From the NCBI GenBank assembly GCA_000182565.2, contig KQ257453.1: DNA of 20,077 nucleotides. One strand, written 5' to 3'. The notes below the pieces were generated by a model, which saw nothing but the letters and a program-made list of their open reading frames with translations, did not search any database and was not told the DNA's origin. The position numbers and the translations under genes were made by a program. How positions within the stretch are numbered: position 1 is the first letter of the stretch; each line of letters opens with the position of its first letter. This DNA is from Spizellomyces punctatus DAOM BR117. Its lineage: Eukaryota. Shown here piece by piece: positions 1-9,960 of the stretch.

Positions 1-2031
1 GCTTGGGGCCTTGCTGAGAGACTTGTTGGCTTGCTGAACTTGTCTTTCTTGGGCCAGTATCATGTTATCCTTGGCTACTTGAAGCAGTTGCTGAATATAC
101 TGGTGGAAGTCTGTTGCTTCAGGATCATTGCTTTCTCCTGGTGGTGTTGCTGGGGTCCTGGGATGCTGGCCATTCTCCAAGTAGAATGGGGTAAAGCCTG
201 TGGTTTCTGAGATACTGTTGTTGTAGGCAAACTCAGCAAAGGGTACAAGATCTTCCCAATTCTTCATGTTGTACTGCAGGAAAGCTCTCAGGTAGATCTT
301 CAAAGTCTTGATGGTTCTCTCTGCCTGTCCATTGGTCTGCTGGTGCCTTGCAGTGGCTAGGAGGGTGTTGCAGCCTAAGAGTTGCATCAAGTTGGACCAG
401 AATGAACTGGTGAACTTGGTGTCTCTATCAGATACAATCACTTCTGGGAGGCCATGGTGCTTGAAGATGTGCTTCAAGAAGAGCAGGGCCAGGTCCTTGG
501 CTGAGGCTCTGGTGGTGGTAGGGATGAAGTGGCCTCTCTTTGACAATCTGTCAACAATGACAAAGATGGCATTGTGATCAGAGGAAGTCACAGGTAGGTC
601 AGGGATCAGGTCAATGGAAATCTGGCTCCATCTGGTCTTAGGTACTGGGAGGGGCTGCAGCAAGCCTGCTGGTGGTTGCTGACTAGGTTTGCTTCTCTGG
701 CAGGAATCACAAGACTTGACATACTTCTTAATGTCCTTGTACATCCTTGGCCAGTAGTAATGCCTTGCTAGGGCATCATGGGTCTTGGTGATGCCAAAGT
801 GTCCAGCATACTGAGTGTCATGGGTTTCTTGGAGTAGGCTCAACCTTAGGTCTGGGTCACTAGGAACAAAAATCCTGTCCTGGAAATAGAGTAACCCATC
901 TTGATGGCTGAGGTATTTGAGCCTTTGTTGCTGGTCTTCTGGTCTCCTGGGGTCATCCAAAGTTTGGATGAGCTCTTGAAGTTCTGGGTCTTCTGTGGTA
1001 CTGGTCTTCAATCTCTCTTGAAGGGTGCTGGTGGTGTGGGTCACAGCATTCAACTCTGCTGTCACCAAGGCCTTGCACTTGATGCATCTTGGGGCCAGGT
1101 CTGGTCTTCTAGACAGGATGTCTGCCACTGTGTGGAGTCTTCCTGGGCCATAGCCAATCTCAAAGTCAAAAGATTGGAAATTCATGACCCATCTGGCTTG
1201 TCTTCTGGTCAAGAAGGGCTGGTTCTGTAGCCACTTGAGGGACTGGTGGTCTGAGATAACTTTGAAGGGGGTTCCTTCCAGGTAGGGCCTCCAAACTCTG
1301 AGGGCATCATGGATGGCTAACAGCTCTTGTTCTCTGGTGTCATATCTGGTCTCTGCTGGAGCCATCTTCCTGGAGTGGTAGGCAACTGGTCTCATGCCTT
1401 TCCCATCATCCTGTCCAAGCCATGCTCCAACTGCATAGCCTGAGGCATCAGGGAAGACAGTGGTAGGCAAGGCTGGGTCAAAGGGTCTGAGTACAGGGGC
1501 TTTGGTGACCATATCCTTCAGCTGCTGAAAAGCTTTCTCCTGAGGTTCAGACCAGGTCCAGGGCTTGTCATTTCTCAACAGGTCTGTCAATGGTGCAGCT
1601 TGCTCTGCCAGGTCCTTCAGAAAGCTATGGAAGTAGTTCACCAGGCCCATGAACTGTCTGACTTCAGTGATGCTCTGAGGGGTGGGCCATTCTTGAACAG
1701 TCTGCACTTTCTTGGGGTCAAGCCTGACTCCTTCATGTGAGACTACATGGCCAAGAAACTCTACTTCTTGCTTGAAGAACTGGCACTTGCTGGGGTTGGC
1801 ATACAGCTTGTTCTGCCTGAGGGCTTGCAGAACCTGCTTGAGGTGGTCCAGGTGATCTTCTGGGGTCTTGGAGTAGATGAGGATGTCATCTAGGTAGACA
1901 ATAACAAAGATGTCCAAGAAGGGTCTAAGGACATCATTCATCAAAGTCATGAAAGTGGCTGGGGCATTGGTCATTCCAAAGGACCTGACCAGGAACTCAA
2001 AGTGACCATATCTGGTTCTGAAGGCGGTCTT
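1..2031 (-). mobile_element. Ty3/gypsy retrotransposon pol fragment (RT-RNase H-integrase); cut at its 5' side by a copia LTR and running off the window
   Basis: Manual minus-strand translation: KTAFRTRYGHFEFLV..GMTNAPATF..VYLDDILIYS (RT); FPDASGYAVGAWL..EQELLAI..SDHQSL (RNase H); HDTQYAGHFG..CDSC (IN zinc finger); WSQISIDLI..VSDRD..NGQAERTI (IN core). Domain order RT-RH-IN is gypsy-type. Probably missing from the ORF track because no stop is reached inside the window. Confidence 0.95.
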
Positions 2032-2544
2032 TATTGAAACTTAGCGCTTGGAACACTGATTTCCCGTGTAGAAATCACTTCTGGAAGACCTAGTAATGCC
2101 TGTGGCCGCTAGTAAGACTTCTGGGTGCAGTAACTTGTGGGATAACACGGTTGTTTTATTCCAGAGACGTTCAAAAGTCCCCTTTATATAACCCAGTACA
2201 TTCTCCAGCCTCCCTCCGCCTTTGTTTACTGTTTACATGCTTCAGCCCACTTGTTTACATGCTCAGCAGTGCTCAGCAGTGCTCAGCAGCTTCAGCCATG
2301 CCTTGGCAAACATTACCTGAAGATCTAGATCATCACAAACCTTCCAGACCTTCTAAGACTGCTTACATGATGATTTACCCCTTTAAATCATTCACACACG
2401 CGTCTGTGATCATTCTGATCACTCTAAGTCCAATTCCCCACGTTGTAACTTAGCCAAATCAGATGTGAACTGTCTAATGACATCCCAGCATGATCTCACA
2501 TGATTTATAGATCATACAGCGTGGTTTAAGCCTGAATCTCAACA
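2032..2544 (-). repeat. 3' LTR of copia copy A (513 bp; TGTTGA...TCAATA)
   Basis: Near-identical to 7494-8006, 9026-9527 (inverted) and 9961-10493; preceded by the PPT in element orientation. Confidence 0.95.
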
Positions 2545-5500
2545 CTCCCACTCAGTGAATCATCTGATTTCCGACAGAGACCCATTTTACCACAAAGTTT
2601 AAGGTGCTTTGTCTTGGGTAGAGCCTTGGTGAGAATGTCAGCTGTCATTTCTTCTGTCTGACAGTACTTGAGGCTGATGTTCTTGTCTTCTACTGCTTGT
2701 CTGATGAAGTGGTGCCGCACATCAATGTGTTTGGTCCTTGCATGATGTGTTGGGTTGTTGGCAAGTGCTATGGCGCCCTGATTGTCACCATACAATGTTG
2801 TAGGACCACTTTGCTGATGTCCTAGTTCGCCTAGAAGTGTTCTGAACCAGATAACTTCCTTGGTAGCTTGACAAAGAGCCATGTACTCTGACTCTGTTGA
2901 TGATAGAGCGACTGTAGGTTGCCTCTTGCTTTGCCAGCTGACTGTGCTGTTGCCAATCTTGACTAAGAAGCCAGTGGTAGACTTCCTGAAGTCCAAATCA
3001 CCGCCCCAATCTGCATCAGAGTATGCAGATAGCTCCCACTTGCTCTGAATGCCGCCCAGTTGAAGTCCTAGGTCTGTGGTGCCCTTCAGGTACCGCATGA
3101 TCCGTTTGACTGCTATCCAGTGCTGATGTCCGGGGTTGGAAAGGTACTGGCTAACTGATCCAACTGCCACTGCTATGTCTGGTCTGGTGCCCAGCATTGC
3201 ATAAATGAGACTTCCAACAGCACTTCTGAAAGGAACCCCGTTCATTTCTTGCTGTTCTGCCTCAGTTTGTGGTGACATGGCCTTGGTGAGCTTGTGGCCA
3301 TTCTCTAGTGGTGTGGCAACTGGTTTGCTGTCACTCATATTGAATTTCTTCAATGTTTGACTGAGGTACCGCTGTTGGGAGAGCCAGATTGACCTGTTGA
3401 CTCTGTCCCTGACCACTTGGATGCCGAGAAAATGCTCTAACTGGCCCATATCAGCCATCTTGAACCGCTTCTTGAGTTCTTCTTTGAGTTTTAACAACTC
3501 CTGGTCGTCCTTTGATGCCAGAATAAGGTCATCCACATACAGGATAAGGTGGATGCCCATCTTCTTGTTGATGTACAGCCCGTGGTCTGATTCACACCTT
3601 TCAAAGCCAAGTTCTTTGAGTTGCCCGTCAATGACTTTGTTCCAGGCTCTTGGAGCTTGCTTTAACCCATACAAACTCTTCTTTAGCTTGCAGACAAGCC
3701 CATTTGCCGTGGCAAAGCCTTCTGGTTGGTCCATGTAGATGTCCTCCTCAATGGTCCCATTCAAGAATGCTGTTTTGACATCCATTTGGTGAATCTCCAT
3801 GTCCTTCATGGCTGCTAGTGTCAGAACCGTCCTGATGGTTGCAAACTTGACTACTGGGGCAAATGTCTCCTTGTAGTCCAGTCCTTCAACTTGGGAGTAT
3901 CCTTTGGCTACCAGTCTGGCCTTGTAGCGCTCTACAGAGCCATCTGACTTGAGTTTCAGCTTGAAAACCCACTTGCAGCCAACTGTGGATCTTCCTGGTG
4001 GTAGTTTGACTAAGTCCCATGTCTGATTCTCCATCAGAGAGTCATATTCTGCTTTGACAGCCGCCTCCCACTGTTTGGCATCATGTCTGGTCCTAGCTTC
4101 AGCCAGAGTGCTGGGTTCTTCCTGTGGAACTTCCCCAATGGTGAAGGCAAAAGCCAGGTTTGACTGAGTTGGCTTTGCAATCCACCACTCTCCCGGTGGT
4201 TTGTGAAATCTGGCACTCTTCCTGCTGAGTTCTGGCACTTCCTCAGCATCCTGGAAGTCGTCCCCATCATCTTCTGATGCTGAAGAGTTGTCTGGAGTGA
4301 TGCTAGATGGTCTCTGAGTCTCTTGAACCATCCCTAGCCCTTCTTGGTCATCCAAGAACGAAGGCTCCCCTCCCAGAGGCATCTGTAGCTCTTGGTCTTG
4401 CTGTGGTACACTCTGCAGTCGCTGCTGAGTGCTCCACATCAAGTTTTCATCAAAGATGACGTCCCTTGACATGACAACTTGGTTCATTTCAGGTACCCAC
4501 AGTCTGTAGGCCTTACTCTGAGTGCTGTAGCCGACCATGACTGCCTTCTTGGCCTTCTCATCAAGTTTTGACCGCTTTTCCTTTGGAATATGAGTGTAGG
4601 CCATGCAGCCAAACACTCTGAGATGCCGGAGATCTGGTTTACCGCCTGTAAACTCTTGAAATGGTGTNNNNNNNNNNNNNNNNNNNNNNNNNNNNNNNNN
4701 NNNNNNNNNNNNNNNNNNNNNNNNNNNNNNNNNNNNNNNNNNNNNNNNNNNNNNNNNNNNNNNNNNNTGTGGATCTTCCTGGTGGTAGTTTGACTAAGTC
4801 CCATGTCTGATTCTCCATCAGAGAGTCATATTCTGCTTTGACAGCCGCCTCCCACTGTTTGGCATCATGTCTGGTCCTAGCTTCAGCCAGAGTGCTGGGT
4901 TCTTCCTGTGGAACTTCCCCAATGGTGAAGGCAAATGCCAGATTTGACTGAGTTGGCTTTGCAATCCACCACTCTCCCGGTGGTTTGTGAAATCTGGCAC
5001 TCTTCCTGCTGAGTTCTGGCACTTCCTCAGCATCCTGGAAGTCGTCCCCATCATCTTCTGATGCTGAAGAGTTGTCTGGAGTGATGCTAGATGGTCTCTG
5101 AGTCTCTTGAACCATCCCTAGCCCTTCTTGGTCATCCAAGAACGAAGGCTCCCCTCCCAGAGGCATCTGTAGCTCTTGGTCTTGCTGTGGTACACTCTGC
5201 AGTCGCTGCTGAGTGCTCCACATCAAGTTTTCATCAAAGATGACGTCCCTTGACATGACAACTTGGTTCATTTCAGGTACCCACAGTCTGTAGGCCTTAC
5301 TCTGAGTGCTGTAGCCGACCATGACTGCCTTCTTGGCCTTCTCATCAAGTTTTGACCGCTTTTCCTTTGGAATATGAGTGTAGGCCATGCAGCCAAACAC
5401 TCTGAGATGCCGGAGATCTGGTTTACCGCCTGTAAACTCTTGAAATGGTGTTGATTGGTTGCTGAGTGCTGCAGTGGGGCTCCTGTTCCTGAGATAGACC

Positions 5501-7314
5501 GCTGTCATGATTGCCTCGCCCCAGAACTTGTAGCTGAGTCCACTGTGGTGCAGCATGCACCTTCCCATTTCCACCAGCGTTCTGTTCATCCTCTCAGCAA
5601 CACCATTCTGCTCTGGTGTGTAGGGGGTGCTGAATTGCTGCTGAATTCCCTTCTGCTTGCAGAATTTCTTGAATTCTTCGCCCACATACTCTCCCCCATT
5701 GTCTGATCTGAGAGTTTTGATCTTCTGCCTCGTGAAGTTGGTTGCCCAGGCCTCAAACTCCTTGAATTTGCTGAGAACCTCACTCTTCTCCTTCAGAAGA
5801 TAAACTGCCGTCATCCTTGACTTGTCATCAATGAATGTGACAAAGTACTTTGCCCCACCATGACTTGGTGTCTTCATGGGCCCACACACATCACTGTGAA
5901 CCACCCCCAGCAGTAGAGCTGCTCTAGCTGCTTCTCCCTTTGGAAAGGGACGCCTGGTGATCTTTCCAATGGCACAGGCTTCACACGGTGATGTTTCTGC
6001 GTGATTCTTGACCTCCAGACCGCTTCCCAGCTGGTTCCTAGCCAAGATTTTGATGCTGTTGACGTTCAGGTGTCCTAACCTGCGATGCCAGAGGTCCAAA
6101 CTCATTCCAGAGGCTATGTTTGCATGTTCTCTTGCATGAAACATGTATAGACCGCCACCTAGAGTTCCCTGGATTGCTTCCTGACCGTCTGAAGTCTTGA
6201 TACAGCATCCCTTGCTGCCAAACTCAACTTTGGCACCATTTTCAGTGGCTCTTCTTACTGAAAACAAGTTCTTTTCAAGCTTGGGAACAAACCACACGTC
6301 TCTGAGGGTACAGAATCGGTTTCTGCCTGTCTCAAGTGTGATCTGGCCCTTCCCTATTGCCTGAACTGTTCTGTTGTCCGCCAGATGGACTTGAATTGGT
6401 GACATCTCCATGTAATTGGTCATCCAATCCTTCCTGTGTGACATGTGCTGTGAAGCACCCGAGTCCACAATCCACCAGACTGCTCCCTGAGAGGTTTTGG
6501 TGTCATCTCCCGACTGAGCAAAGAATAGGAACTCATTCTGAGTTGCCTGACTGGTGCTGGCTTGATTGGCTTGTTGTTTGGTGTCCGCCAGAAACTTCCT
6601 GCAGTCCTTCTTGAAGTGACCCTTCTTGTTGCAATAGAAGCACTTCCCTGCTATCTTCTTGGTCCCACCATGCTTGCCAACCTTCTGCCCACCATCCCTG
6701 CTGAAAAAGGCCTTCCCTTTGCTATCTCCTTCACTCCCAGCTTCCTTCCTGCGTGTTTCTTCATGCAAAAGCCGTGATGTGAGGAATTCCAGCGTCAGAG
6801 AATCACTCCTGGCCTCCAAAGACACCACCAGCTGTTCATAACTCTCTGGTAGGCTGTAGAGTAGGGTGATGACTTGGTCTTCTTCACTGACTGGCGCCCC
6901 AATGGCCTCCAACTGCTGAGCCATTGTCCTGACCGTGTTTATGTGTCCCAACATGCCCCCAGTGCCGTCTTCCATCTTCAGAGTAAGAAATTTCCTCCTT
7001 AGATAGAGCCTACTGGCAATTCCCTTCCTTTGGTGGACGTCACTGAGCTTTAACCAGGCCTCTTTTGCAGTTACAGCGGTCTGTACATGCATGAGTTGGG
7101 CATCACTCAGTGACAGAGCAATTACAGCCATTGCCCGCTCATCCCTTCTCCTCCAATCCTTCTCAGAGGTTCCCTCCATGCTCTGATCCCCCTCAATAAC
7201 ACCCCACAGCCCCTTTTCCTTCAGCAACATCGTCATTTTGAACTTCCATAGGTGGTAGTTCACGCCATTGAACTTTTCCATCGTGAGTTTGGTGTCCAAG
7301 TCCGTGTTTGACAT
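2526..7314 (-). CDS. Copia Gag-Pol polyprotein; a single ORF of ~1334 aa once the gap and duplicated 684 bp are collapsed
   Basis: Zinc knuckle CFYCNKKGHFKKDC; protease WIVDSGAS; IN WHRRLGH..CEAC, HSDVCGP, SDNGGEY, ERMNRT; RT KARLVA..QMDVKTAFL..YVDD; RNase H YSDADW..HARTKHID. The stop lies inside the 3' LTR. Removing 784 bp leaves 4005 bp in frame. Confidence 0.92.
2545..2553 (-). promoter_or_regulatory. Polypurine tract GAGTGGGAG
   Basis: Purine-rich run immediately before TGTTGAGA of the 3' LTR. Confidence 0.8.
3984..5451. other. Assembly gap (100 N, 4668-4767) flanked by a 684-bp direct duplication (3984-4667 = 4768-5451)
   Basis: Both sides of the N run carry the same IN/RT linker sequence with only about 2 synonymous differences seen, typical of unmerged overlapping contig ends. 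Confidence 0.9.
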
Positions 7315-7479
7315 GTCTGAGCTGATTTGGTGAGTGGATGTGCTGTTGGAGAAGAGGTGAAATCGTCCTGGTGTGGTAGGTGGTCCAAATATGAGGTTGG
7401 GAAGAAGATAGGTCCGTCAGGAAGATGGTGTGGCCGTCAGAAAAGAGATTTGAAGCAGGAAAATATCAGTGATAGCTAT

Positions 7480-7493
7480 CAGGGCTCATAACC
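7480..7493 (-). promoter_or_regulatory. Primer binding site GGTTATGAGCCCTG, complementary to the anticodon stem-loop of initiator tRNA-Met
   Basis: Directly abuts the LTR end TCAATA. It is the complement of CAGGGCUCAUAACC in fungal tRNA-iMet, the same PBS type as Ty5 and Drosophila copia. Confidence 0.88.
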
Positions 7494-8006
7494 TATTGAA
7501 ACTTAGCGCTTGGAACACTGATTTCCCATGTAGAAATCACTTCTGGAAGGCCTAGTAATGCCTGTGGCCGCTAGTAAGACTTCTGGGTGCAGTAACTTGT
7601 GGGATAACACGCTTGTATTTATCCAGAGACGTTCAAAAGTCCCCTTTATGTAACCCAGTACATTCTCCAGCCTCCCTCCGCCTTTGTTTACTGTTTACAT
7701 GCTTCAGCCCACTTGTTTACATGCTCAGCCGTGCTCAGCAGTGCTCAGCAGCTTCAGCCATGCCTTGGCAAACATTACCTGAAGATCTAGATCGTCACAA
7801 ACCTTCCAGACCTTCTAAGAGTGCTTACATGATGATTTACCCCTTTAAATCATTCCCACACGCGTCTGTGGTCATTCTGATTGATCTTAGTCCAATTCCC
7901 CACGTTGTAACTTAGCCAAATCAGATGTGAACTGTCTAATGACATCCCAGCATGATCTCACATGATTTATAGATCATACAGCGTGGTTTAAGCCTGAATC
8001 TCAACA
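7494..8006 (-). repeat. 5' LTR of copia copy A (513 bp)
   Basis: Followed by PBS, leader and gag ATG (7314). The TATA-like box reads TACATAAA here versus TATATAAA in the other three LTRs. Confidence 0.95.
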
Positions 8007-9025
8007 AGAACCACCAGAACCCCCAGGACACCAGAGAATCCCAGCACCCTGGGAGAACCCAGGACACTAGAAAAACCCAGAAACCTAGGACACCCCAGAA
8101 CACCAGTAAAACCCAAGAAACCCAGAACTCCCCAGTACCCCAGGAACCAGAAGTTGCCCCATATTCTTTGGGCAGGACCCCAGGAACAGCTATCCCCAGG
8201 AACCACCTCCTCATTGTCAAGGCCTCAGCTCAAGGCATCCCAGTCACCATCCTCTTGGACAATGGCGCTGACCAGTTCTATATCTCTCAAGACTTTGTGA
8301 GGAAGGCACAGCTTACTGTAGAGCCCCTGGCAGGAGCTGAGATCACCATGGCAGACAACAAGAAGTACCCAGGAACTGGCTTTGTTAAAAGCCTACAGTA
8401 CTCTGTTGGCACCCACACTGAGATATCTGACTTCATAGTGGCACCTGTGAAGTTTGATATAATCTTAGGAGTTCCCTCGTTTGCTTGGAGGAACCCCAGT
8501 ATCAACTACCAGAAGGGAACCATCACCTTTGAGACCTCCCAGCACCCTAGAGTCAGGTGGTTTGCCAACACTGTACCAGCACCTACCACCCCCAAGCCAG
8601 AACCCAATATCACCATGGTATCAGCAAAGATGTTGGCCAGAACCCTGAAGAAGAGGACAGCAACAGCTTTTGCTGTGTATTTCAAGAACCCTCAAGATAC
8701 CAGTACCCCACCAGACACCATGGATTCCAAAGTCACCAAGCTTCTTGAAGACTATCAAGATGTCTTTGCTGAAGAGCTTCCCCCAGGACTTGCCCCTGAG
8801 AGAACAGTGGATCACAGAATTGAACTCAGTGACCCCAACCAGACCCCCTGGAGACCAACCTACCACCTCTCTTCTTTGGAGTTAGAAGAACTGAGGAAGC
8901 AGCTGTCTGAACTTCTGGAGGCAGGCCACATCAGACCATCCAAGAGCCCCTTTGGAGCACCCATCCTCTTTGTCAAGAAGAAAGAAGGGTCTTTGAGGAT
9001 GTGTGTGGACTACAGGGCTCTGAAC
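8007..9025 (+). mobile_element. Ty3/gypsy internal fragment (repetitive linker, aspartic protease, RT N-terminus) bounded on both sides by copia LTRs
   Basis: Open frame from 8009: [13 protein letters not shown] and FDIILG (protease), [32 protein letters not shown] (gypsy RT start). Opposite orientation to 1-2031. Confidence 0.92.
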
Positions 9026-9527
9026 TGTTGAGATTCAGGCTTAAACCACGCTGTATGATCTATAAATCATATGAGATCATGCTGGGATGTCATTAGACAG
9101 TTCACATCTGATTTGGCTAAGTTACAACGTGGGGAATTGGACTTAGAGTAATCCGAATGATCACAGATGCATGTGGGAATGATTTAAAGGGGTAAATCAT
9201 CATGTAAGCACTCTTAGAAGGTCTGGAAGGTTTGTGATGATCTAGATCTTCAGGTAATGTTTGCCAAGGCATGGCTGAAGCTGCTGAGCATGGCTGAGCA
9301 TGTAAACAAGTGGGCTGAAGCATGTAAACAGTAAACAAAGGTGGAGGGAGGCTGGAGAATGTACTGGGTTATATAAAGGGGACTTTTGAACATCTCTGGA
9401 TTAATACAAGCATGTTATCCCACAAGTTACTGCACCCAGAAGTCTTACTAGCGGCCACAGGCATTACTAGGCCTTTCAGAAGTGATTTCTACATGGGAAA
9501 TCAGTGTTCCAAGTGCTAAGTTCAATA
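9026..9527 (+). repeat. 5' LTR of copia copy B (502 bp)
   Basis: TGTTGAGATT...AGTTCAATA; reverse complement of the other LTRs, shorter by one 10-bp repeat unit and 1 nt. Confidence 0.95.
9282..9377 (+). promoter_or_regulatory. Putative LTR U3 promoter: GCTGAGCA repeats, 3x GTAAACA, TATATAAA
   Basis: GTAAACA at 9302, 9324 and 9331; TATATAAA at 9370-9377; equivalent motifs in the other LTRs. Confidence 0.55.
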
Positions 9528-9541
9528 GGTTATGAGCCCTG
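9528..9541 (+). promoter_or_regulatory. PBS of copia copy B (GGTTATGAGCCCTG)
   Basis: Identical to the copy A PBS and adjacent to the LTR end. Confidence 0.88.
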
Positions 9542-9707
9542 ATAGCTATCACTGATATTTTTCCTGCTTCAAATCTCTTTTCTGACGGCCACACCATCTT
9601 CCTGACGGACCTATCTTCTTCCCAACCTCATATTTGGACCACCTACCATACCAGAACGATTTCACCTCTTCCCCAACAACAAATCCACTCACCAAATCAG
9701 CTCAGAC

Positions 9708-9960
9708 ATGTCAAACACGGACTTGGACACCAAACTCATGATGGAAAAGTTCAATGGCATGAACTACCACCTCTGGAAGTTCAAAATGACAATGTTGCTG
9801 AAGGAAAAGGGGCTGTGGGGTGTGATTGAGGGGGATCAGAGCATGGAGGGAACCTCTGAGAAGGATTGGAGGAGAAAGGATGAGCGGGCAATGGCTGTAA
9901 TTGCTCTGTCACTGAGTGATGCCCAACTCATGCATGTACAGACCGCTGTAACTGCAAAAG
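9708..9960 (+). pseudogene. Truncated copia gag (first ~84 codons)
   Basis: MSNTDLDTKL...VQTAVTAK matches copy A and is cut by the LTR at 9961. Confidence 0.9.

Larger units (their letters stand above)
2032..8006 (-). mobile_element. Ty1/copia LTR retrotransposon copy A (Ty5/hemivirus-like); near full length but spans an assembly gap and may join halves of two copies
   Basis: Two 513-bp LTRs (2032-2544, 7494-8006), PBS, PPT and gag-PR-IN-RT-RH order. Flanks gtctt/agaac are not a TSD, and the LTRs differ at roughly 3% of sites by eye. Confidence 0.93.

Noticed and set aside
2151-2453. ~100-aa ORF recurring in each LTR (also 7613, 9117, 10151)
   Set aside because: Antisense to the element, non-ATG start, and its frame is altered by 10-bp repeat changes; recurrence only reflects LTR identity.
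3984-5451. Apparent tandem duplication and split of gag-pol into two ORFs (696 and 891 aa)
   Set aside because: The duplication sits exactly on either side of a 100-N gap, so it is most likely unmerged contig overlap. This may also explain the missing TSD and LTR divergence of copy A.
7464-7475. TATCAGTGATAG resembles the tet operator core
   Set aside because: Only the core matches, it is present in both native copia leaders, and there is no vector context; coincidence.
7480-7493. tRNA-Met gene
   Set aside because: Only 14 nt match the anticodon arm and there is no cloverleaf; it is the PBS.
7936-8220. Hydrophobic W/V/L/G-rich minus-strand ORFs
   Set aside because: Antisense shadow of the A/C-rich gypsy linker repeat.
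1-9025. The two gypsy pieces as one element split by a single copia insertion
   Set aside because: Opposite orientations, no TSD, and the RT segment between DYRALN and KTAF is missing.
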